Notes under the pieces: model-generated
What the model saw: the letters and a program-made list of their open reading frames with translations, nothing else
What the model was told of the DNA's origin: nothing
The model's database searches: none
Part shown: positions 51,612 through 64,000 of the stretch, in pieces
How positions within the stretch are numbered: the stretch's first letter is position 1
Layout of the letters: each line of letters opens with the position of its first letter
DNA from: Bispira polyomma
Taxonomy: Eukaryota
Length of the DNA: 64,000 nt
Reading direction: 5' to 3'
NCBI GenBank assembly: GCA_965649765.1
Contig: OZ287751.1
Location: 96,038,001-96,102,000, forward strand
Program-made: the position numbers and the translations under genes

Positions 51612-52558
51612 TTAAATATAGGTCCAGACACAATCCGACGTCCAGGTGCCATGCTCTTTAATTTCCTGGATATGCACTTTTGCATTATATGCTAATGAGG
51701 CACCTGAACGCCGGAAGGAATGAAAAGTATAATAATTTGATGCAAAACCCATTTCTTGATTTAAGTTTGCCAAAACTTTTCTAACTCTAGTATCTGTGAC
51801 CATTATGCTACCCTTTGCAGTATGACATTGGAATAATGGTAAGTTGTTAGCTGGAGCATACAATCTAAATACTTCTTTCAGAGCCCGATAAGGGCAAATA
51901 AGGCTCTTGCCCAGACGTGGCAGAGTTAATAATTTAACTTGGTCCCTAGTTTGAATGGTTTTTGACCATTTAATTAAAATCTGCACCGAGTTCTTTTGAA
52001 AAAACACATCTCCACCCGTCAGATTAGGGTATGATCAAATTCCGCCACCGAATGTGGTGCAATATTAGAAAGTCTCAAAAAGCCGAAAAAACCTGTTAGA
52101 AATATGGCCCTAAACACTTGAAAATTGTCTACATGTTCACATGCCAAAATCAATTACTTAAGGGTGTTAACATCCATTATATTACGTTTTGTAACTGTGA
52201 TAGGTCTATTTATTTTTAAAGCTTTGATGAAGTATCTAATTTTTGGATGCTCCAATATTTCAAATTGCATGTTGTATAATACACACATAGCCTTTATGGC
52301 TGAGACATGATTGTTCACCATATGTAGAGGAACACCATTTACCACTAGATATTCTAGATATGAAATGACACAATCTACTGTAAAACTATCCAATCTAATT
52401 TTAAGACATATACAAAACCCAATGAAAGTCCTGAACAACATGGCATAGCACTTCTTTGTTTTGGGTCTGAAGGCTGTATGTGTCCTGAGGCAAGCTTTTT
52501 GTTTCAACCCCTGTAGGACTTTTGAATCTACAAAACAAAGCACAGTATCTAGAGCCAC
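51612..52558 (-). pseudogene. Tyrosine recombinase of the Ngaro-like element, disrupted by one stop and one frameshift
   Basis: N-terminal part is ORF 52154-52558. It continues past the stop to FFGFLRLSN (catalytic Arg, ~52065-52090), shifts frame near 52025, then reads KWSKT, CPYRAL and HSFRRSGAS...HGTWTSDCVWTYI. Confidence 0.85.
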
Positions 52559-52568
52559 CTGTTAACTT

Positions 52569-54089
52569 TTATACTTGCACATCAATATCTGTCATTCTTA
52601 TATTTGTCCTCATCCATATTGGACTATTTACTAATGAATGCAATTCACTGATGTCTTGACTGGAATTTTTCCACCTTGAGAGCAAGTCTGCCACCCTATT
52701 GTCTTTGCCCATGATATGGACGTACTGCATGTCAATGTCAGCCACAGCAGCTAACTGCCAAATATTTCTTGCGCAAGCTGTCAAAAATGGATCTCTAGCC
52801 CGACCAGACCTCAGCACGTTTACTACCGCCTGGTTATCACATTTCACTAGCACTTTTGTGCCTTTCCAGTAACTTTTATACAATTTCAACACGACTACTA
52901 TGTTGACCATCTCCAGATGGACTATGGTCAGATTTTTGAAGTTAAACGGTATAGCCAAATGGTAAACCAAATTTCTCCATCTACCACCAAGACTCACCAG
53001 GCAAGCATCTAATTCCAAAGTATAGTCGATAATTTTGTGTCCATACATTGAGACACCATTATACAGGGGCAGAAACTTTTGAAACCACCTCAGGTCTCTC
53101 CTAAAGTCTTCACTGAGTATAACTTTGTTAACATTGGTAATACCTCTAAGGATTTCCAGCATTCGGTTTAAAAATACCCTCACTGGTTTTACACATTTAT
53201 GTATGTACAATAATTGCCCTAGCAATGATTGTAATTGCTTTTTCGTGCAATGAGCCTTACTTTGCCATTCTTTGATTGTTTGCTTTATCTGATCCAGTTT
53301 TGGTTTAGGTATTGATACTGTACCTTCAATTGTATCCACTAGAATGCTCAAGCATACTGCCTGAGGACTAGGAATAACAGTTTTGTTTTTACTGATTGTC
53401 AAACCTAATTTTTCCATAACTTCATATAGACAATTAAAAGACTTTTCTGCTACGCTAGGCATACCGAACCCTAGAAAATCGTCGATATAGTTGATGATGC
53501 CATATCCGTTGCGTCGCATGACGTGACGCACAGCGTCGCTTATGCACTGAAAAAATTGTCTGCTGCCAAATGGCAAGCATGTATCGATATATGATCCTTT
53601 CCAATTCAAACCAAGTAAATCATAGTCTAACGGATCGATTTTCAAATGTCTGAATGCTCTACTGATGTCCAGTTTATATATGTGGGCACCTTTGCCCAAT
53701 TTTGTAAGCTCATTTGTAAGGTCATCTATAGTAGGGAAGCTGAGATTGAACTCAGCACCCATATAGCTATTTTTATCTACTCCAGCGTTGACCGATAGAC
53801 CTTTAGGCCAGCTAAGGTCAATGATGACCCTTCTGTTAATCGAATCCGGCTTATGACGCGTCATGAATGGTGAGGAATGCCAATTAGCAATGGGATTTTT
53901 TTCAAATGGGCCAATAATGGTCCCATGTTTACTTTCTTCAGCAATGTACACATCCACATCTTTTGGATAATCTGACGTCAATTTATGATTGTCCTTGTCA
54001 CTATTCAACTTACAATGTCTATTAAAACCTAAAGGGAAACCAAACTGTATTAACTCAAAAAGTTGTTGGTCCCAATAGCCATCTAACAT
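52569..54089 (-). CDS. Reverse transcriptase / RNase H of the Ngaro-like element
   Basis: 506-aa ORF with RRVIIDLS, KLDISRAFR, LPFG and YIDDF, followed by RNase H motifs DAC, LEMVN, CDNQAVV and NRVADLLSR. Confidence 0.9.
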   Translation of the reverse strand: MLDGYWDQQLFELIQFGFPLGFNRHCKLNSDKDNHKLTSDYPKDVDVYIAEESKHGTIIGPFEKNPIANWHSSPFMTRHKPDSINRRVIIDLSWPKGLSVNAGVDKNSYMGAEFNLSFPTIDDLTNELTKLGKGAHIYKLDISRAFRHLKIDPLDYDLLGLNWKGSYIDTCLPFGSRQFFQCISDAVRHVMRRNGYGIINYIDDFLGFGMPSVAEKSFNCLYEVMEKLGLTISKNKTVIPSPQAVCLSILVDTIEGTVSIPKPKLDQIKQTIKEWQSKAHCTKKQLQSLLGQLLYIHKCVKPVRVFLNRMLEILRGITNVNKVILSEDFRRDLRWFQKFLPLYNGVSMYGHKIIDYTLELDACLVSLGGRWRNLVYHLAIPFNFKNLTIVHLEMVNIVVVLKLYKSYWKGTKVLVKCDNQAVVNVLRSGRARDPFLTACARNIWQLAAVADIDMQYVHIMGKDNRVADLLSRWKNSSQDISELHSLVNSPIWMRTNIRMTDIDVQV

Positions 54090-54320
54090 TGTTTTCCACT
54101 GGCTTATGTTTAGTTGAGAGTGTAGAGAAATGAAATGCGTGCATCTAAAAAATTAGGTTGACCAAATTGCTTAACTGCTGTATGCAGTGCTATCGGACAT
54201 TCTATATGCGATTGTACATTTTCTTTATTTGGCAATAACGGTTCAGTCAATGGCACAAAGCCGAATGAGAAATCAGATTGTTCCTGCCATCTGGCAAAAC
54301 TTTTACAATCAGATTGAATT

Positions 54321-55630
54321 TTACAATATTAAACTTTCAATATCAGCCTTCCTACAGCCAGAATTATACACATAACGACTTACACGTCTACTTATGTCTT
54401 GCTGAGAGGCTTTCTCTTTCTCACTCTGTTTGATACTTTGGCCTACATAGCCTGCACTATAACCAGTAATATTTTTACAAACACTAAAACTTTTAAAACA
54501 TCTGTCTTTACAATACTTTACACCTGGATCACTAGTGTAGCTGCCATCCTGGTGTATACGTGGGAGACAGCTACTTAATCGTTTTTTGGCTGTACCTTTT
54601 TTTGTGAAGAGACAATCTTTTTCTGGATGCCCTAAGATTCTACCTAAAGTCACACAATGGGAGCAAATATGCCTATGAAGTTTTCCATTTACCTCGTGAT
54701 CTTTTTGCTGCTGGCAAGTGCCATTTTGGAAAAATTTACAAAACCATGGCTTTTTTGGATTCTGACTCTCTTTTCCCTTTGCGCATGCACCCATCTTATT
54801 CTGCCAATTCTATTTGTATCATACCAATCGAGGGTGCCCCTTTCCATTTCGCATAATAATACTGTATGTGCAGCCTTAGCGCCTTGCCAGCTGAAATCCG
54901 TAGCGTCCTCCATTAAGTCTGATAAATAGCTCAACATTGTTTCGCGCTTTTTCTCATCTTTTTCATCTAACATATTTTTACTGAAACCTTGCATCCATGG
55001 AGACATGGACAACTGGTCATAAGAAAGACGTGTTCTATTGTTACCACCTAGAATGGCCTCATGAGGCCACGCTACTTTATGTTTTACAACTACATCAATT
55101 GCCCCTCCCCTTTTTGACTTTATTTTACCTGCACATTTAATACCTGAGCTATGACTGCACTGCTGCAATTCTCTCACCCTAGTATCGATTTGTCGCTAAA
55201 TACTGGCTGAAGTTCTAAGAGAAGCCAAACTTGGGAGGATTTGTTCGTCATCTGACGACTCACTATTACTGTCAGACTGTATTTTGGTTTTACTACTAAT
55301 AGTGTCATTCATTTCATGATTATACCGAGTACTTAACTTTTGTCCTTTTTTCTTTCTACTTTTTCCTGTTCCAGCTTCGGCCACTCTGTCTTCAACGACA
55401 TCCAGTCTCGAGTTGACTCTCTTCAGTTCCTGCAGGATCTGTAGCTGCACATCAGGCTGTCCTGCTACCGCTCTCGGTCCAGATCCGTCCTCCACAGCCG
55501 TCATCGTCCGTGAATCTTGTACGTTATCCGTTAACATTCCAGTCCCGATTTCATTCAAAAAAGCACATTTTTTCCCTGTTGGTGGAATGTGTTTCTCACC
55601 ACATTTACTGCAATTAGCCTTTTTAGGCAT
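54321..55630 (-). pseudogene. Gag-like ORF1 of the Ngaro-like element, interrupted
   Basis: Three consecutive ORF pieces: 55196-55630, 54689-55177 and 54321-54794. N-terminal CSKCGEKH..PTGKKC and a C-terminal Cys/His finger CKFFQNGTC...HRHICSHC, located upstream of RT. Confidence 0.7.
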
Positions 55631-57276
55631 TTTATTAAGTCAACGTCTCTGAAAAATTACACAAAAACAGCCCTGAGCGCTCTGTTTTGATCACTTCACA
55701 GCCTAGCTTTTTTAGAACCCCATAAATTGCAAGAATGTACAATAAGTTTAGACCGTCCCTTAAACGCGACCACTTAAGGTCAAGCCAAGCATGAGGTCGT
55801 CAAAAGAGAGCTACAGCAGGCACACAGTCGATCACTATTCTCCTTTATAGAAGTCCAATTCTCGTGACTCCAGTATGTTCAATTAAATGACCGTCTGTTT
55901 AAAATATAACATGTATAAAATCCAACTAAAATAATGTATAGTAAAATAAAATCATTTTGTAAACACAAGCAAAATAAAACCAGATTGAATTCAAATTGTT
56001 TTTTAATGTCACTCTGTCAGTGACTAAATTCAAACTGACCATATATTTTCACTGAAATGACTTGTTTATTGACTTAACCAATCAGCATGCTTGTAAACAA
56101 CTTTCCTTAACAACAGGGGGGGATGTTTACTTACTTAACTTTTTACCTGTTAAATGGTCTGGTGCCCTACATAACTTAATTAAGGTTGTGCAGGACTGAC
56201 ATGTTCCGTGCCTAGACATTGTACCCGACAGCCACACATATTTCATCAAGGTTACTACTGGATTGATGGTAATCTCACTTACGACCAGACAGAGTAGTGT
56301 AATCCGAATGGAGTGGGTTCTAACAAACATACTATCTTAATTGATGACATCACTTTTTATTTTCAATTTTACCACAGATAACCAATGAAACATATGTCAG
56401 AAAAAATAAGAGCTATTATAGAAACAAGATTTAATAAGTGATATATACTCAGTTTTACATTAGTAGAATAGGCTATATCTGGTGGTAGTTTATATATATA
56501 TATATTGTACACACTAGAGCATATACTTAGTATTCGCATTTTTATCTGTTTTTTTTTTCAATATATTTATTGCTAATAAATATTCATTTGATATAGCACG
56601 GTTATAAACACCACTGTTATCTAATGTGCTTTGAAATTATTACCCCAGTCTGAGTTCTTCCACTTGTGAACCAATTGTTCAGACTCAGCTCCCTGTGGAA
56701 GCATACTAGCCATGCTCCAACAACGGCACACAAAGATTAATTCAGGGTGATTCAGGGACTTTTAAAACAATGAAATATTTTAGTGTCAGGCAATTCACAA
56801 AAGTCATTTTTGTTCAATGTAGACAAAATGTTAGACAAAGTAATTGTAAAATACTTCATTAAAAATCCATCAGTTACTGTTATTAGCATGTCAAACAAAA
56901 TGATATTATAGCAATCATAACCAAAGTCCCAAAATGGTCTAGGAGAAATGTAACATTATTTATATAAAGGAAAAAGAAACATGTTAATTTCAGAGTTAAA
57001 ACATTACATCAAGATTGTCTCATGTGAGTATGTGAAAAAAAACATGGAGATCAGTGGTTAAATAATGCTTTGTTGCTGAGGTAGTGCAGCTGAAAGATTT
57101 GTTAATAATAATAAATAACTAATACTAGTGTGGCTTCACTGAAACACTGTAATATAAAATGGAACTATATAAAATCCATGTATAAACATTAGACAACAAT
57201 GTTATCACAGACATCTTTGTAGTACTTCTATCTCTCTTGTTTATACTGCTGACATAAAGCGCATAATAAAGGACCC

Positions 57277-58044
57277 TCATAACATGCAACATGAGGAGGA
57301 TTTCTTTGGCTGATGCTGTGGCTCCTCATCATTTCTTGGTGTATTAACTTTTGTTTTTATGGCTTGTTCTTCCTTTTGTTGCTGAGATGCGTTATTAACC
57401 ACTGGGGCGACATCTTGTCCCTTCTTCACTTCATTAACTTTTGTTCTGTTGGTTTGTGCTGCCTTTTGTGGTTGAGATTTGTTATCAACCATGGGGGCTG
57501 CTTTTCCCTTTTTCTCTTTATTCTTGCCCACACTAGTAGTAGCTGTTTGATGTTTCTTTGCAGCTTCTGCACTTTCTCCCCTCATTATAGGTTTAGAACA
57601 GTCTTCTATTTGTGGTATATAAGCATGTATCTTTGCCTTTAGTTTGTCCAGCTGCGGGCAGTCCCAAGTATTTTGGATACTAACATCTGGACTATGGAAA
57701 TTGATATAAAGCAGTTGTGTAAATACCATACTCATGGGACCTTCCGGGGGCCATGTCATCTTCTCTAGAAGAAGAGGTATTACTGGTTTCTTTAGAGCAT
57801 CAGCCAGACTGACTTCTCTTCTACAATTAGCTGACATGGCATACTTGGAAGTTACACAGGTCAGTACTACCTTGCAGCCACGGACTCCTTTATCTATCTT
57901 ATCATACAGGGAATCTCCCCCTCCCATTTGCAGGATATCTAACCAGCAGGTATAGCCTAACTGACTAAGTCTGTTGTAGAGGGCTTTGATCTGAGGCTGC
58001 TTTCCCCACTGGTAAGATATGAAGATATCAGGAGATTCTTCATC
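57277..58044 (-). CDS. Terminal exon of copy C: second TIR domain, charged tail and CCaX motif
   Basis: Same 768-nt exon as in copy A. The TIR is nearly identical, the tail is diverged, and it ends in KKSSSCCML*. Confidence 0.92.
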   Translation of the reverse strand, partial: DEESPDIFISYQWGKQPQIKALYNRLSQLGYTCWLDILQMGGGDSLYDKIDKGVRGCKVVLTCVTSKYAMSANCRREVSLADALKKPVIPLLLEKMTWPPEGPMSMVFTQLLYINFHSPDVSIQNTWDCPQLDKLKAKIHAYIPQIEDCSKPIMRGESAEAAKKHQTATTSVGKNKEKKGKAAPMVDNKSQPQKAAQTNRTKVNEVKKGQDVAPVVNNASQQQKEEQAIKTKVNTPRNDEEPQHQPKKSSSCCML

Positions 58045-61000
58045 CTAAATAATTATAGAAGCACAGTGCCAATATATGTGAAGATGCTATTTGTATCAAT
58101 TGTCAGTTTTTTTTTATTATCGATATGCAGTTAAGGCAAAAAATAAAGAAACATAGACTTTTATGAGGCAAGAGTGATGTAGTAATTTACAGTATCATAT
58201 TGGACTCCTCTTACCTCTGATTCGGTATGTGTCGCCTTGACTACAGCTTTCCCACTGTCATTTTTCTCCTTGGGCTTGATAATAATGATTTCAGCTGGTG
58301 GAGACATCCAGTCGATGTATGCTACAACAAACATTACAGTAACTTACAGCTCATATTTTGACTAAAGTCCAGGATTGAAACCTAGATTTAAGTTGAACCT
58401 CTATTATTCTGGTTCTTGATCAAGGTGGGACTTACATAGGTTATAGTAGTTTGATGATATGTACATATATATGAGTTGAAAGAACCTCCAAAGTTTACAT
58501 TTGACAGAAGGGGTTCTCAATGTTTCGTTTTTGCATTTTTCTGTTAAAATATGAATAATAATAATGATTTTCTGACATTAAGTTAGTAATTATAAAATGT
58601 AATGTTTAGCAAGGTTGAACTACTTCTATAATTCCCAAATCAAATACATGTAATAAACTCTATAATGTGCAGTCAACATACTGCTCTAAACTACTATTTA
58701 CGTTCTTTGAAGAGTTGCTCATTTGGTACCACATTGTACCGTATCTGCATTAGTAACTCTTGCATCTTCGGCAGTGGCCAGTATCTGTCGTCCCGACTCT
58801 CTTCCCCACCCCGAGAAAAGAAACGTATGAACAGGTACTCTCCAAAGATAGGGCCCATGGAACCTTTGGGTGGCCAAGGCATCTTCTCCATCAACAAAGG
58901 AATAATGGGTTTGCCAAGATTCACAGACAGATTCACCTAAAATGTAATACAAACAAATCACAACAAGTAAATATAGCAGTATTTTTCAAACTTTAATAAT
59001 TAGTGCATGCAAATGTAAACATACATGTTGCATTTTGCGTAATCATAGTTTTACCAAGATTGAATGACAGATTCACAAGGTATGGAACAAAGCAAAACAC
59101 AAGTGAATATACAGCATGTGTATCAACCTGTGATGTTTCATATGTTATTTCTACAGTTGCCTTATCTCAACTATAGCACAGGCCTCAGACCAATATAAAA
59201 TAGTAGTATTGAAATGTTAGGCAAAAGCCTCATTTTCAGTACTGTCTGTTATTGAAGCCGTATATGTCCTATAAGCAACATATATTTAATTTTGTAATAA
59301 AACAGCTGTTCTATTCCACAGTGGTCTGTTTACAGTTTATACAATTAAAACTTTGTGTAATATTATAACATCGAAGTTTGTGAGATAGATTTTCCAACAT
59401 GAAGCTCTTGTGTCATCAATTCTGATTGATTTTAAAGTATGGTAAAAGCTATTACCAGTTTGTTTTCTCAACAATATCTTGATGCACAGTCAAATCGTTC
59501 CTTAATGTGATTTAATGTTAAACACAACTATATTGAGGCAATACTTTTAATATATCATGTTATAATCAGGATATCTCATTCCACCATGGATACACAGGCA
59601 TTAAACCTCTTTTAGACCAAAAAACCAAAAGTTTGCCTTAACGGTCCTGTGTCCCCTGGTAAAATTGTCAAAAAAACCAGGGTGTGTCATGGAATATTAT
59701 TTGAACAAAATTAAACATGGGAGGAATCTCTCTTCTGTCCTGGGAGACTTTAAATATGTTTTTCTTTCAGTTAACATTTCTCATCTGGGCAAATTTTTAC
59801 CTTGTTATGTCTGTATGGCATTACAACATCTTATCACTGTTACATCACGTTTTCAGAAATGTAAAAATATACATAGGGTTTTCTTTATTTCCATTAGTTT
59901 GGTTTAGAGTTATAACTTTACCTCTCTGTTGCAATTAGGTGACTTGGCATACTTTTCAGACACACAGCAAATAATCACTTTGGCACCACGGATACCTCTG
60001 TCTATCTTTTCAAAGAGTTTATCACCTCCTCCCATCTGACCAATATCTATCCACCTAGTGATTGAAAAACAATTATAATCTGATATATGTATATATATAT
60101 AAATATATATAAAAAAATATTAATGGGGAATTGAGAATTTTTGATTATGTAATCCACCCTAAAAACATGCCAAAAGGCTGGCTAGGTAATTTCTTAATAG
60201 AGCCAATATTGATTAAATCTGGTTCACTTTTCTTTGGCATATATAATATGCAAAAACACCCATGTACCTTTAAATTAAACAATAAGACAACTGACCTTCT
60301 GCAGTAAGTATATCAAAACTTACCCTTCAAAACCGGCCATTTCCAGGTGGGTTTTAAGCAGTTTGACTTCCTCCTGTAGACCCCACTGGTAACTGATGAA
60401 CACTGGGGGAGGAGTGGTGTACTCAACCTCCTCCTCTTCTACCACACCCTCTGGAAGATCAAATACGGGAGAGATGTTACCTTACTTTGCAGAATCCACA
60501 CATGGGATATTCACCAGCAAATGTAGCTCAGGGAGCTAAATCTTTATCAACATTTGTTTGATAAATGTCTGGGTGAATCAAATGGGAAGACTTCAATCAT
60601 ATAACAATCACTGACTTGGGAGTTAAAGGGCTCATCGACTAATGGTGTATTTTTATAAACTTTCCATGAATTCGAAAGACCTCTCTTTTAGTTTGTTGTT
60701 TATATGCCATTCATGTTTACATTTATATTTATATGTAACTATACTCATCTATGAAAATGTTCAACATAAAACTCCTTGTAAACTTACATGTACAACTTAC
60801 ATCTACAAATTACCAAAGGATTCTTTTCAGAATCATGTTTTCCTTTATTACTGCAGAGGTTATGTAATAGTGTGTCTTTATAATGTATCACAATACTAAA
60901 AAATTAAACACTGTTCATATACCATTTGCCTTATAAAATAAATAAATTTATATATCTCGAGGTAGGGATATTTTTGTGAGTCATACCCCGTCATATTTCA

Positions 61001-63235
61001 TAAATATTCAATAGCATTTTATTTGCAGATTATGTCCAATTCAACATCCAAGGCATACGTATAATGTTGCAAAAGTACTATACAGGAGCAAGTGATGTTC
61101 CTGTGTGTACACAAGCTTTAACATCCCTTACCTGTTTGTTTCAGAGCATTTTCCACAATAACAAATGCATCCATTCTATCCATTTCTTCTAGATGTTTTA
61201 AAATGGAGTGTGTTGCTTCTCTTGTTTTGTTAGATGCAAACCACTCATCAAACATGCTTAGGCATGGATCTGGTTGAGTTGCCCAGTTTCTGATGTCATC
61301 ATTGCTGTAACCCAGTCTGCTGGCTAGTAGTCGCCAGTCGTGGTCAGATTGTCGATTCAGAAGCTTTGAAACATCTCGTGACCAGATTGGAGCATGGCTC
61401 AGTGTCTATATTTAAATTATATTATTGCAGTTTTACAAGTAATTGCACTATGTTGTTTGTAAACACAATATTCTTTTCAACCGAGAGTTAAAAAATATTA
61501 TTGTAGCTTTACAAGTAATTTGTTGTCTTGTTTGTCAATATTTGTTTCATCTGTTCATTTCCTATCTGAATCTATTGATAAATTATAGATATTTCAGCAA
61601 TAATGCTCAAGTGCATCATTTAGTTCAATACATCATTTCCCTATATTAAGTAAATGGAAGTAAAATAATACAAAATGGAAATAGAAAAAAAAAATAACCA
61701 ATTAGGCTTAATTGATATCAATACCACTACAATAAATCACTAAGTTTGTTTTACTTCCTTACCTTTTTGTCAATTTCTTCAACCTTTATTACTGTCTCTT
61801 CAACATCATCTTCTAGTTCTTCCAGACGCTGACCTTGATCATTCACTTCCCCAGACAAGGCCACTATTTCAGCCTTGGTGTTGTCCACGTCTTTTCCCAA
61901 GTTAGTCACATTTTCCTCTGTATTGGTAACTCTGTCATCCAATTCTGCCACATCCTGTTGTACTTCATCAACTTCATTAGTCACTGCAGCCAGACTATCA
62001 GCACAAAAAAAAAACAATTTTGTAAACAAACTTTCACTAAATCGTAGTTTTTCGGTTTTATGGTACCCAATGTTTGAAGTCATTTAGTGGGAACACAACA
62101 ATGGGCGTACCTGAATTATTAGGTGATGAAGACAGCTGGGTGGGTAAAGCTGACAAGGTAATCTTAGACATAGTATTGTCTCCTTGATGATACAATGAAA
62201 CTGTATGGGTTAATTATTCACAGCCTGGACAGATTTAACAGCATTTGTGAGGTACAAGACCAATTTAATATTTGACTAGATTACAGTAGATATAATTGAG
62301 GTTTATGAATGTCACTATCTTGCGTAGGGCTGTGGCAAGAGTTCAAACAAATCATATCTCTGGCAGAGACATAACAATGACCAAAAACCACATGTGTATT
62401 TCTGTCTATAACATCCAGTGAAAATATTATTTAGAAATGTGAAACTAATATATTCATGTATGACAAAAAATATGTGTGTGAGATAGCTATAGTTTGAAAT
62501 AGTATTTTTCGGATCAAAATTTAGTTAGCTTTAAATGTTAGACATTTAGTATGAACTGATAACCTAAATACCCCTTCCTGTAAACATGGCGGAAAACAAA
62601 AGTGCAGCAAATTGCTTCATTTGAAAATTAAACTATATAAAATGACATAAAAATGTCAAAATATTTTATTATTTGTAGTTAGGAAAGGTATTTGTTTAAT
62701 ATTAATACATCACCCAACAATTTAGATATTGGCACTTCTGTCCAGATTTGATCAATATTTCAATATTAATGTACAATACCATACCTAGTGTGAGAAGATG
62801 AACTGGTTATGTTAGTCAGCTTTTAGATTATATATTTGTAATTCACATTACAGATATACACACACCGATTATTCACAATTTTTGGCATTGAACATATTGT
62901 TGCCTTTCTGGTTCCTACAAAAGGCATTTGTCTGTGTGTTGTCTATATGTAAATACCTTAGATTCTTAAGATATCGTCAAAGATATTTGAATACAGTAAG
63001 TATATTTGAAGTTTTACTACCTTCTTCCTGCAATGGTATCTAGAGCGGACACAGCAAAGTCCTTCAGCACTGGATTCTTCTTAATTTTTTCAAAGAACTT
63101 TTTATACTTTGCCAGCTCCTCTGGGTATATCGCACCAATAGTCTTCATAGTGTAAACCAAGCCAATCATATTCGTTGAAGAGTCACACGTATCAATGACT
63201 GTCTTTAACACTGCCAAGTACTTGGCTGTTTTCTT
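57277..63235 (-). CDS. Copy C (3' part, exons 10-17; 5' exons lie beyond the right edge): paralogue with coiled coil, Death domain, TIR, TIR and CCaX
   Basis: Exons 63021-63235, 61763-61994, 61132-61405, 60324-60450, 59922-60054, 58702-58936, 58215-58321, 57277-58044. Lengths match copy A (215/232/274/127/133/235/107 vs 104/768). The frame is open and ends in KKSSSCCML*. Confidence 0.88.
61132..61405 (-). CDS. Death-domain exon of copy C
   Basis: Same 274-nt exon as in copy A, with 8 of 91 residues different by manual count. Confidence 0.85.
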
Positions 63236-63464
63236 CTGTTAAAAATATATCATCATAACAAGACACCATACAATTCCTGATTAGCACTGCATTATGGCTT
63301 GTAATTCTTGTACATAGGTTGGCATAGGATTTAAAAAAGCAGCATTTATAACTAGACCTAGTGCATCTGAGAACCGGTGCATATTTGTATCCACCAAAAA
63401 AACAAAGCACCATAGGTAGCAAGCATCTTAGGTAGCAAGAACCCTAGCTGGCACCCAAGCTAGG

Positions 63465-64000
63465 AGCCTATGATTTCCTATAGGGCATTTATGTTAAAGC
63501 CTTAAATCGCACAAATGGGTTTCCCATTGCAAACATGTGGGATCAATAAGTGTGAGATAGGCACTTTAAAATTTGGCCTACCCATTTGACCTTAAACGAG
63601 GGATCCAAGGTCAAATCTGATCACAGCAACAGATTAGCAGCCCATGATTTCCAATAGGTTAGTTTAACATCCCAAACCTGTACGACCAATAATAAGCGAG
63701 ATATAGGCATTTTAAGTTTGGCCATCCGCATTTGACCTTGAATGAGGGGCCCAAGGTCAAATCCGAGTACATCAAAAGATTCCCAGCCCATGATTTCCTA
63801 TATGTTGGTTTTAGATCCCAAACCTATAGGAGCAGTATTAAGCTAGATATAGGCACTTTTAAGTTTGGCCATTCTAATTTAACCTTGAAAGAGGGGCCCA
63901 AGGTCAAATCGGGCTACATTAAAAGATTCCCAGCCCATGATTTCCTACAGGTTTGTTTCAGATCCCAAACCTCTAGGACTAATTTTAAGCGGGATATAGG
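63465..64000. repeat. ~146-bp tandem repeat x ~4, in an intron of copy C, running off the window
   Basis: CCCATGATTTCC recurs at ~63642, 63787 and 63934 (variant at 63468). Each unit contains ATTTGACCTT...AAGGTCAAAT inverted arms. Confidence 0.85.

Larger units (their letters stand above)
51480..56240 (-). mobile_element. Tyrosine-recombinase retrotransposon (DIRS order, Ngaro-like), nearly intact
   Basis: Gene order is gag - RT/RNase H - YR, with no methyltransferase visible. The right boundary abuts sequence paralogous to the 3' flank of copy A (56245 vs 19902). Terminal repeats are not resolved, so the boundaries are approximate. Confidence 0.85.

Noticed and set aside
57277-63235. Copies B and C as haplotype or assembly duplicates of A
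   Set aside because: Introns differ in length and TE content, and exon 10 is only ~65% identical at the protein level, far beyond allelic divergence.

Overview
AT-rich, intron-containing metazoan DNA, probably from an invertebrate. The window is dominated by a head-to-tail tandem array, on the minus strand, of three paralogues of one multi-exon gene, with a period of about 36 kb. Copy A (20932-45202) is complete. I assembled it by hand into 17 GT-AG exons with consistent phases, 3420 nt in total, encoding 1139 aa. Copy B (exons 1-4) runs off the left edge and copy C (exons 10-17) runs off the right edge. The protein has an unusual architecture: a ~515-aa helical HEAT/ARM-like region, an 11-heptad coiled coil with trimer signatures, a Death domain, two tandem TIR_2-type domains that both keep the catalytic-position glutamate, a charged disordered tail, and a C-terminal CCaX lipidation motif (KKSSSCCML). 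The helical N-terminal region diverges quickly between paralogues, while the Death and TIR domains are conserved, as expected for an innate-immune sensor/executioner family. Introns and spacers carry many transposons: a nearly intact Ngaro-type tyrosine-recombinase retrotransposon and a decayed relative, Harbinger relics and MITEs, L2/CR1-group LINE fragments, a tRNA-derived SINE, and minisatellites that expanded in only one paralogue. All domain calls come from motif recognition by eye; no database search was run.
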